This document shows, piece after piece, positions 53,492-64,000 of a stretch of 64,000 bases of DNA (positions within the stretch are counted from its first letter, which is position 1; every line of letters starts with the position of its first letter). The translations under genes were made by a program, and so were the position numbers. The DNA is taken from positions 8,128,001-8,192,000 of the forward strand of contig OY762007.1 of assembly GCA_963665115.1 (NCBI GenBank), given 5' to 3'. The stretch is from an uncultured Rivularia sp. GTDB lineage: Bacteria > Cyanobacteriota > Cyanobacteriia > Cyanobacteriales > Nostocaceae. Under the pieces are notes generated by a model. That model was not told the origin of the DNA, ran no database searches, and worked only from the letters and a program-made list of their open reading frames with translations.

Positions 53492-54273
53492 GATATCTCT
53501 GGGAAATTACAATACTTCCGCATAAACTAGTACAACAGGTTGAGAAGATATCAAATTGTTTTATGCATTCATGCTGTATTCGCATTGCGAATGTCAAGAT
53601 AGATTAACGCTGAGGAATGTAAATTTTAAATCCTGTTAGTGTATATAAATCGGGAATATTCAAAATGCAGAATTTCTCAAAGCAGATATTGGATGCATAA
53701 AATCTGGTTACTTCCAGCGCAAGGTACTAGATTGCTACAGTATTTATAGTTCCCACTTTCTAGCAACAAACAACATTTGATATTTTTGTGTTGCGACTTC
53801 TTTTCACACAATTAATTATCTCATACGTTAATTTGGCTAAAGAGCCAATGAGCAATAAAAAATAGTAACCTCTTTTTCGACTATTTAATGCCGCACAGTA
53901 AATGCTGAATAAGCAAAAAAATTAAGTAGCTAGTCTTGAAGGACAAACTACTTAATTTAATGCGATTAAAACAGCCAATTATTTTGTTACGGGAGAAAAA
54001 AGTTAATTCAAAATTACTAATAGAGTGTTGATATCTTTGAATATAAAAAGTATATGTACGCTCTGATAACTTTATGAATGTAACAATCAATAATTATATT
54101 AATAGTTCATACCACGTAAGTTTATAGATAGAGACACTTTTTTATATACGGGAAAGAATTTTGCGTATTTTTAATTATTACGCACTTGTAGAACTTAGCT
54201 TGTGTTTCGATCGCAATTATAGGTGTAAGGAGCAGTATCAAATTCTAAAAAGCTTATGAGCTAGCGGCTAGCG

Positions 54274-54549
54274 CTATGCCATATAATAGGCAAGGCTAAA
54301 TGCGGAAACTGCGACAAGCACGGGAACTACAACGCTAAATTCAAATTTTTTGGTTTTAAATATCTCCATACAAGACATGGGAATTATTATCGGCCAAAAG
54401 ATCGTTGAGATGATAAACATCACAAAAGACAAAAACTTTTCTTCTGGAGAGGAACTTGGATTACGAAGAGTAAATCTCAGCCAATTAATGAAAAAATAGC
54501 AAGTCATTAACAAGTAACTGACAATAACGGCGGATTCAATCTTATTCAT
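54274..54549 (-). CDS. small membrane protein
   Basis: 91 aa from ATG 54549, hydrophobic, SPEEKFLSFVMF..TIFWP. Confidence 0.7.
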   Translation of the reverse strand: MNKIESAVIVSYLLMTCYFFINWLRFTLRNPSSSPEEKFLSFVMFIISTIFWPIIIPMSCMEIFKTKKFEFSVVVPVLVAVSAFSLAYYMA

Positions 54550-55901
54550 AAACGATACTCCTTGGCTATCCAAAATGACGACGATACGAGTGGACAATGA
54601 CATTCGCAAATATTCATCACTGTAAAAAAATGTAAGCTAGATGACAGTTTTGTTTTGACCTCTTTCTAACAGTTTATATTTTTATTCACATCTATACTAT
54701 GTTAGTAGAATTGTGAAAACCGATAAATCCGTGTTAACACTTAATTTTTTGGATCGATCGTGAATTTACAATTACAAAAGTTGATTCGCGCTAGCCATTA
54801 AGACAATAATACTTGTACTTATAAATCGAATTAAATTAATAGATTTAAGTATATCTACAATATTCGACCACCCGTAGTCACCGAAACAATGTGTTCTATA
54901 CTACCATAAAACCGCAAATCGAAGAAACAATGTTTAAATGTTACAATAGCTACCAATACTAGTTGGGATCAATTATAAATCAAGTCTTACAATTGAAAAA
55001 AAGATTTTTAGTTGATTACTAAAAATAAAACTATGTTTTCTAGACAAGTGTATATACTTAAGCAATTCATACATATTTTAAAAATTCCTTTTTTACTTGA
55101 AACAAAAATTTTACTAATATAAAGGATATTTATAATCTGCATCATCTTTATTTTATGATGTTATAAATATTACTTAAAATAATTGCTTCAAGAATACGAT
55201 AGGTTGAATAAGATTTCCCAATATGTATAAAATGCGATCTTAAACCGATATATTTATTTGAAGGCTGGAAATGAATAATTATTCTTAAATTGAGTATTCT
55301 AATATTAGTTATTCACTACATAATATGCTCAAAAATTAATTTGAATAAGGGAACAGGGAACAGGGAAGAGAAGAAAAAGACTCTATAAGTAAATGATTTT
55401 ATGATTAAAACTCATGACACCTATATATTAGGCTTTACAAAGCTTTGTACTAAAAATTCAGCATACTAATTGCTAAATAACTGTAATATTTAGACAATAA
55501 AATCTTATTTATCAAATATCTTCAATTAAATAGCTAATATTAATTTGATACTTGGAGATAAACTCATAATTAAATACTACGATCGAAAAAATATAGACCT
55601 ATTTTCAGTAGTAAATCAAAAAACTTGTTTGCAAGCTCAAAGTTTAAATTTATTTGCTTAAGCCCTGGAAGAATATTTTTATAAGCAAATATAAATTCAT
55701 CCAAATTATAAATTAAGGTTTTAAATCCTCAAAGTTTTAGTATTAAATGCTAACGGTAAACACCCTGTGAGCTGCTTGTGAAGTGATAATTGCAGTGGTT
55801 TGCCTTCGTTTATACACTATCCGACGCGATAAATCTTGGCTACAGATTAATTACTATGACCCAATTACTATAATTTTCCAATGCAACATACTGCAATATT
55901 A

Positions 55902-56540
55902 TTACACTTCCTCACAACATGAATTGCTATTCTTCTTGATGTAATGTTTGATAGCATCTAGATCAATAAAATAATCCGCAACATCAATTAAGGATTCATT
56001 AGTCATTCCTCGCAGACTAACAAGTTCAACTCTAGCACCTTGGTAAGCCACAGCGTTTACAGCATAGGTTAATTCTCCATCTCCGCTTACCAAAACCGCT
56101 GTATCGTAATAGGGAGATAGATTCATCATATCTACAGCAATTTCTACGTGTTGATTTGATTTTCTCGATCCATCTGGAAGTTGAATTATTTCCTTTGTTA
56201 CTACACGATATCCGTTTCTACGCATCCATAGCAAGAAACCTTGTTGCTTTTCGTTATGGCGATCGACACTAGTATAGAAAAAAGCTCTTAATAATCTTGA
56301 CTCTCTAGTTAAGTAGCAAAGCAATTTAGTGTAGTCAATTTCAATCCCAAGTTGCAAAGCTGTATGAAACAAGTTTGAACCATCAATAAAAATAGCAACT
56401 CTACCGCGATTGGAAGTAATGTTTAATTGAGAAGCATCTTTTTTTACTGCCATCTGTGTTTCTTGATCTGGGAGAATAATTTTCATACCTTTTTGTTGTG
56501 TTTCTTGTTGCGCTTCAGCGGTAAAATTTGTGATATCCAT
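55902..56540 (-). CDS. NYN-domain (LabA/DUF88) protein
   Basis: RVAIFIDGSNL, IDY.KLL, GFLLWMRRNGYRVV.K, LVSGDG. Confidence 0.9.
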   Translation of the reverse strand: MDITNFTAEAQQETQQKGMKIILPDQETQMAVKKDASQLNITSNRGRVAIFIDGSNLFHTALQLGIEIDYTKLLCYLTRESRLLRAFFYTSVDRHNEKQQGFLLWMRRNGYRVVTKEIIQLPDGSRKSNQHVEIAVDMMNLSPYYDTAVLVSGDGELTYAVNAVAYQGARVELVSLRGMTNESLIDVADYFIDLDAIKHYIKKNSNSCCEEV

Positions 56541-57633
56541 GATTTTTAAGCTTTGTGAATCACAATAGTGCAGTTTGATTAATGAAATTTATATTTCAAA
56601 AGTATTCACGGAATTCGTTTGATGGAATTAATTAAGCATTTATTCTATAAACTCAAAAGTATGATTTACATATCTTCTTGAATGCTTGAGATCGAATTTT
56701 TTGTAGGTAAAGTAAGCCAATATTTAGCTCCAGTAATTATTAAACGATTGTTTGAGCCAGATATTGCATATAAATTTATTGTAACGAAACTTTTATTTGG
56801 TTCTACACAAAGCAAATTATTTTGACGTTAGTTGAAAATTGAAACCATCACAAATTAATAAAACATTAATAAAATGGCGATTAAACAGTAATGTTAATCA
56901 CATTTTTGCACGCATAGTAGATTTAATCCTATTTTTGCTTGATAACAATAGCGTTCTTTGATTTGAACTTTCAAAGTTTTTATTATGAATAATTCATTTA
57001 TAAATAAACCTGATTAAATAGTTGCTTAGCAATAATAAGTTGGTCTGAGACTATTCAAGTAAACTTATACACAAATAGTTAATACTTGTTTGAGAAATTA
57101 TTCTGAGATGTAATCTTTTTAAATATTAATCATTTAGCCTACTTAATTATATTCCCCAACAAGAAGCTGCACCCGGAGATTACTTACAGTTATATACAAG
57201 CAAAATACATTATTGAAGAGGAAAATACAGGCATATCGTCTGAATCATGATTTCCAATTCAATAACCATAATTACCCCTTGAATTGTGTAAAACTTCCCA
57301 ATTATACAAAGAGACTATGTAAAATGAATGTAAACTGTACTGCATAGTTTGATTATTTTAATTAATTTATATAGTGTGAGTACTGAAGCTATAGTTGTGG
57401 TCGAAGATATTTATAATTCAAAAAACAGAGTAGGCAACGCTGTATCTTGGAACAGTAGGAAGAACTAAAGAAGAAGAAATTTTATTTATATCTGCTTATA
57501 AATAATTCTGAATTATCGTCGTTTGTAATGAATAATTAAAATGATTAGTGATTAAAAACACATTTTTAAACCCCTTCCGAGATAGTCGAAGAGGTTTTAA
57601 AATTTGTTTTTAACTATTGTTTTATAAAAAGAA

Positions 57634-58101
57634 TTACTTAGCAATTGCTTTTAGAGAAAGTATACGAAGTTCTTCTCGTACAGTCATTAAGATTTGTCCT
57701 AGATGATTTTGTCCGGTTTTGTTTTCACCGCAACCCCAGAAATAATCATTTGGTGAATTCTCTACAAGCAACTTATCACCAGTGGAAAGCAATATTTCTC
57801 TAATGTCGGGGTGAGTAAGAAACTTTTTGTGTACCGCTTCTCGCATAACTTGGGTTTTTACCATTTCCCAATCAGAACGTATTTGATGAGTCGAACAGCG
57901 CCCTAAAGCAGCAGCTTTCTCTGGAGTCGAAGCTTGATGAATCAAAGGGATTATGTCTTCGTCAGGACTTCCTACGAACTTTTGTGCTTGGTAATAATGC
58001 TCCACTGTTGACCAGAAAGTATTGTGCATTTCAATTGAGTGGAGGGAAAAGTTAGAAAAACAACCGTAGGGTTGCCAAACTTTGTAAAAATAAATAGTCA
58101 T
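57634..58101 (-). CDS. NADAR (YbiA-like) N-glycosidase family protein
   Basis: YGCFSNF, TVEHYYQAQKF, R.DW..VK, LVENSP.D.FWG.G...GQN.LG.ILM.VRE. Confidence 0.93.
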   Translation of the reverse strand: MTIYFYKVWQPYGCFSNFSLHSIEMHNTFWSTVEHYYQAQKFVGSPDEDIIPLIHQASTPEKAAALGRCSTHQIRSDWEMVKTQVMREAVHKKFLTHPDIREILLSTGDKLLVENSPNDYFWGCGENKTGQNHLGQILMTVREELRILSLKAIAK

Positions 58102-58250
58102 ATGAAAACTGCTGTTTAATATACCAACTTCTATAATGCCTGTAGATGTTAGCAGCTTGCTTGTTGAATTAAAATTTATTCTTTTTCTACAACCTCTAGA
58201 CAGAAGTTTTTTTCTTAACTAAAGCTTTACCGTGAGAACTAAATGTCTTA

Positions 58251-58752
58251 ATGGTATATATGATGGACTCACTATTGACTAGCAAACAACGTACACCCCT
58301 GATTTTGGCTGGAATTTGCTTGGGTATAGGGTTAGGAGGTTTTTTTGATGGGATTGTCCTACATCAAATCCTCCAATGGCATCATATGTTGAGTAATGTA
58401 AAACCTTTAACAAATCGTTCCAATATAGATTTAAATGTACTCGCTGATGGAATGTTCCACGTTTTTAATTACTCGATCACCATTGTGGGAGTTGTTTTGT
58501 TATGGAAAGTCGCGAAGCGTAATGACGTTCCTTGGTCATCCAAAACTTTTTTTGGCTCTATTTTGATTGGTATTGGCTTATTTGATTTCGTTGAAGGATT
58601 AATCGACCATCAAATTCTTGGTGTCCATCACGTCAAAGCAGGGACCAAATGAATTTGCTTGGGATATGGGATTTTTAGCACTTGGTGCGCTTCTTATATT
58701 AATTGGTTGGTTGATATTGCAAAACGCAAAATCAGTGAACAGTGAACAGTGA
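58251..58752 (+). CDS. DUF2243 membrane protein, apparent +1 frameshift at 58641-58643
   Basis: GFFDGIVLHQILQWHH, DG.FH, EG.IDHQILG.HHV; continues GPNEFAWDMGFL after removing one G. Confidence 0.85.
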
Positions 58753-58864
58753 ACAGTTAGTTATCAATGATTAGTAGTGGGAGCGTCTCGCTCCCTCGTT
58801 ACAACCAGCGAGCTTTCCGGCTCGCGTTCCCCCTACCCCTTATAACTTATGTGGTGGAAGAATA

Positions 58865-58975
58865 CTAGTACCGCTGTGCGGAAGTAAAAAGTCAAAAGTA
58901 AGAAGTAAAAAGTATTATATGATAAGGCTTTCAAACTTTTTAAATGGGTGCTTTATTTACGCCGTACTGTACCAG
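58865..58975. mobile_element. MITE-like element with CTAGTAC...GTACCAG ends
   Basis: Ends related to 31635-31737; sits among REP-like palindromes. Confidence 0.6.
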
Positions 58976-59062
58976 GTAATTAGCGAGCAAGATTCTCGGG
59001 TGGTAGTTAGCGAGCAAGATTCTCGCACTCCTCCCTATCTCCCCATTTCCCGATCTCCCAAC

Positions 59063-60142
59063 TTAGGCACTTTGCATTTTCCGCCAAACGGTAAAGGATA
59101 AAAGTACAACAATTGTGATAGTTGTAGCAATAATCACTTCTAAGCTCATATCCCGTATACTCATTCCCAACCAGTTGCAAGCTAAAGTTATTGACCAGAG
59201 GATAAGCGCTGCCCGTCTCTGGGATAAGCCCCAAGCTAGTAAACGATGGTGTAAATGGTCTTTGCCTGGAGTGCTAAGAGGGTTTTTACCTGCCGCCAAT
59301 CGCCGTACAAAAACTTGGGTAGTATCCAGTACTGGCAGTAGGAGAAATGCAACCGGGGGCAATATTGATAAGACTGTGGTTATTTGTAATTCGCCTAAAA
59401 TACTAGTTGCTGCTAATACATAGCCGAAGAAATATGCTCCAGCATCACCCATAATAATTTTTGACGGATGGAAGTTATGCCGCAAAAAGCCTAATGCAGA
59501 ACCACCCAAAGCAGCTAAAACTAAAGTCGCTGCCGCGCGGTTGGGATATTGGGCAGAAACTGCGAGCAAACTCATGGCCGTGATAAAGCTGACTCCTCCA
59601 GCTAAACCATCCATACCGTCCATTAAATTTATCGCATTGGTTATTCCTACTACCCACACTACTGTCAATAATGTTGACAGCGTTGAATCTATGGGAGTAT
59701 TGAAAGTTAAATCAAAACCAATATCGTTAGCAACTAGTAAAAGCGCTGTGAGAATTTGTACCAATAATCGAAAAGAGGCAGGCAAGCCAAATTGGTCGTC
59801 AATAAAACCCACCAATACCAGTATTGAGCCGCCCAGCAATACGGTTAAAACCTGTGCTAATACATTTTCTAATTCAATTGGTCGTAATAAGCTAGCAAGG
59901 GTAACAGCGGCAATTACTCCTGCGTAAATTGCTAATCCTCCCGCATTCGGTAAGGGTTCTCGGTTCAAACGCCTTGCATTTGGCTGATCTGCCCAACCGA
60001 CACGTAAAGCAAATGTACGTATTCGGGGAATTAAACTCCAGCTAACAACCAAAGCCAACAAAAACGTAAACACAACTGCCAACCAGCCGGAACCGCCGGG
60101 ATTGTCAATGCCGAGAGACTTAAGGGAACTGTATATATTCAT
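59063..60142 (-). CDS. MraY/WecA-family (GT4) undecaprenyl-phosphate sugar-1-phosphate transferase
   Basis: GFIDD, NAINLMDGMDGL, NFHPSKIIMGDAG, HLHHRL. Confidence 0.93.
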   Translation of the reverse strand: MNIYSSLKSLGIDNPGGSGWLAVVFTFLLALVVSWSLIPRIRTFALRVGWADQPNARRLNREPLPNAGGLAIYAGVIAAVTLASLLRPIELENVLAQVLTVLLGGSILVLVGFIDDQFGLPASFRLLVQILTALLLVANDIGFDLTFNTPIDSTLSTLLTVVWVVGITNAINLMDGMDGLAGGVSFITAMSLLAVSAQYPNRAAATLVLAALGGSALGFLRHNFHPSKIIMGDAGAYFFGYVLAATSILGELQITTVLSILPPVAFLLLPVLDTTQVFVRRLAAGKNPLSTPGKDHLHHRLLAWGLSQRRAALILWSITLACNWLGMSIRDMSLEVIIATTITIVVLLSFTVWRKMQSA

Positions 60143-60240
60143 CTCCCGATTCCTTTATTACTGCCAGTATCTATCACGATCGCCAACCGTATATTAATCA
60201 TTTTTGCTTTTAATATCTGTAATATAAACAGCTTGCATAG

Positions 60241-60267
60241 TTAGCACTCTTGAGCAGTGAGTGCTAA
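60241..60267 (+). promoter_or_regulatory. CIRCE element (HrcA operator)
   Basis: Perfect TTAGCACTC-N9-GAGTGCTAA, 32 nt upstream of groEL. Confidence 0.97.
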
Positions 60268-60296
60268 ATTGTAAAACAAGAGTGCTTGTGAGTTAA

Positions 60297-61988
<1,692 letters not shown>

Positions 61989-62049
61989 TGTCCGGAGTTA
62001 GTGGTTGGGAATTCATGATAGAAGGCTCAGCATAGCTATAAGTTGAAGC

Positions 62050-62098
62050 GAGGCAGAGCCTCTAGGTAGGCATTCCCAGCCTGGAGGCTGGGAACGAG
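62050..62098. repeat. REP-like palindrome (TTCCCAGCCTGGAGGCTGGGAACGAG) with AGGCAGAGCCT hairpin
   Basis: Perfect stems between convergent genes. Confidence 0.65.
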
Positions 62099-62141
62099 TC
62101 TAGTAACTAACAACTATCAACCAACAACTAACAACTAACAC

Positions 62142-62785
62142 CTAAATTGCTAAATTCTCTTTAGCCCACAGGGCGGCTTGGGTTCTATCTCTTAACCCGA
62201 GTCGCCCTAAAATTTGGGTAACGTAGTTTTTTACGGTTCCTTCACTGAGATATAAAGTTTTAGAAATTTCTCGATTATTTTTTCCTTGAGATATTAAAGT
62301 TAATACTTCTAGTTCCCTTTCGGTTAATTTTTCTTGAATATCGTTTTCTTTTGCTGGAATTGGCGGGCGCAATTGGGCGAATACTTTTGGGGCAATAGTT
62401 GGGGCCCTAATTGAGAATGTCCTTGATGTATGGCATGAATTGCAGCAGCTAATTGGGGTGCGGGAGTATTCTTGAGCAGATAACCCAGTGCGCCAGCTTG
62501 TAAAGATTGCCAAATATATTCATCTTCATCGAAAGTTGTTAGCACCAGAATTTTGATCCAAGGGAATTTTTGATGAATTATGCGAGTTGCGGCAACTCCA
62601 TCGCATACAGGCATCCGTACATCCATAAGAATTACATCAGGTTGCAATTGTTGAGTAAGAGAAATCGCTTCATTACCATGATTGGCTTGCCCGACAATTT
62701 CTATATCTTCCTCTAACGAAAGTAAAGACGCTAATCCCTGGCGAAATAGCGGTTGGTCATCTGCTAACAACAGCCGAATCATCAT
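62142..62785 (-). CDS. NarL/LuxR-family response regulator, apparent +2 frameshift at 62401-62407
   Basis: LADDQ, ILMDVRMP, GYLLK; joins SQLG|PTIAPKVF; LTERELEVL...GTVKNYV. Confidence 0.92.
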
Positions 62786-62980
62786 AGTATTAAATAAGCG
62801 GGAGATGCTTATTTTTTAGTATGGCAATCTTTAAATCTTGTTCCCAACGTGTTTAGTTTTGTTAAGAGTTGGAATGAGTGGATGAAGGTTTATGTTAGAA
62901 ATCTGTTGAGTTAATATTTTAAATGTTGAATTACGGTGTTGAAAAAATATAATTATCATTTTCCAACACAAACAGATAAA

Positions 62981-63652
62981 CTACTCAATAGCTATATGAA
63001 TATACCCATTATTAATTTTAATACTTTGAATTTGCTCTATTACTGCTAAAGCTTTTTGATATTCGACTGTTGCTGACTTTTTTAAACTATCTGGTTGTTC
63101 TGAACCACCAAAGATAAATAGAATTAGAGAAGATTGATTCAAAGAACGTAAAGAAGCTTCGTTGTGAAATTTAATTCCTCGCTCTTCAACTACTTTATAT
63201 AACGCAATAGGTTTTTCAATAGTCTCATCTATTTTAAATTGTATTTCGCTGATTCTGAAACATATATTTTTCGGTGAACCTGGACTTGGCCATTGAATTG
63301 ATTTTTCTAAAATCAAACTATCTTTTATCTTATAAAAAAGATATTTCCCAGGAATCAATTTGTTTAATGTTATTCCTTGGGTGTATATATTATTTATATC
63401 GTTTTCATCAAGAATTATTTGTGCATCAAAATTTTCTCGAAGTACAGAATTTTTAAACACTTCAATTTTACGCTTGCTATTTTCGTATTCAGTTAAAGAT
63501 GATTGATGAATAGGAAAATCATTCAAATTAGGAGGAATATTTTTTCCTTTTATAATACTGGATTCCATTCTATGCATCGAAAAGAGCTGATATGCAATAT
63601 ATCCGAATCCCAATAAGCTTATAACTGTTGTTATGTTGTCAAACCAATTCAT
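62981..63652 (-). CDS. hypothetical protein with N-terminal TM helix
   Basis: 223-aa very AT-rich ORF; no recognised motif. Confidence 0.6.
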   Translation of the reverse strand: MNWFDNITTVISLLGFGYIAYQLFSMHRMESSIIKGKNIPPNLNDFPIHQSSLTEYENSKRKIEVFKNSVLRENFDAQIILDENDINNIYTQGITLNKLIPGKYLFYKIKDSLILEKSIQWPSPGSPKNICFRISEIQFKIDETIEKPIALYKVVEERGIKFHNEASLRSLNQSSLILFIFGGSEQPDSLKKSATVEYQKALAVIEQIQSIKINNGYIHIAIE

Positions 63653-63686
63653 TCTATTAAGCCTCTTATATCATTCTAGATTCCTA

Positions 63687-63802
63687 ATACCATTTCTTTA
63701 TAAAAGTGCGCTTAATTTAGCCCACGCAGGTGGGCTTTGTTTGAGTAGCCCCACTCTTCCAGAGTGAGGGTGATTTAGCGCAGCCTCATACAAAAATGGT
63801 AT
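63687..63802. mobile_element. MITE-like element (ATACCATTT...AAATGGTAT) enclosing palindromes
   Basis: ~30-bp imperfect inverted ends: ataccatttctttataaaagtgcgcttaat vs ataccatttttgtatgaggctgcgctaaat. Confidence 0.65.
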
Positions 63803-63841
63803 AACTCACAACTCTTGACACCACCTAACTCCCAATTCCCA

Positions 63842-64000
63842 TCAACCCGGAATCCAAACCCGAATCCGAGTGCCTTCATCCAAAGTACTTTTAATATGAA
63901 GTTCTCCTCCTAAAATTTGCACTCTTTCTTGCATTCCTCGCAATCCAAATCCTGTATGATGTGCGCTGACTTCAAAACCTTTTCCGTCATCAATAATTTC
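63842..64000 (-). CDS. NarX/HisKA_3-type sensor kinase, C-terminal end (partial)
   Basis: Manual translation [11 protein letters not shown]....[21 protein letters not shown]....GTRI. Confidence 0.9.
   Translation of the reverse strand, partial: EIIDDGKGFEVSAHHTGFGLRGMQERVQILGGELHIKSTLDEGTRIRVWIPG

Overview
AT-rich chromosomal window from a heterocystous (Nostocales-type, possibly Rivulariaceae; inference) cyanobacterium, judged from frequent HIP1 GCGATCGC, STRR heptamer arrays and a short C-terminal-only KaiA. The backbone carries glpK (partial), a PEP-CTERM protein, tRNA-Val(GAC), TolC/HgdD, kaiABC with a divergent hybrid kinase, ArnT-like GT39, putP-like symporter, PfpI/DJ-1, HCP, surE, galE, a LabA-like gene, NADAR, a WecA-like gene and groEL2 with CIRCE. 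Mobile DNA is dense. There are three RNA-guided (OMEGA-type) nuclease elements: IS607 tnpA+tnpB, a tnpB-only IS200/IS605 element that precisely interrupts pfpI at TTAC, and iscB with an omega/HEARO RNA. There is also a 1271-bp transposase-less cassette with Tn3-like terminal inverted repeats and a 5-bp target duplication that carries a small secreted-peptide gene, a DUF559 endonuclease gene bracketed by ~49-bp inverted palindromic repeats, and several REP and MITE families. Seven genes, including kaiC, are split by extra bases in short homopolymers, which most likely reflects sequencing error.
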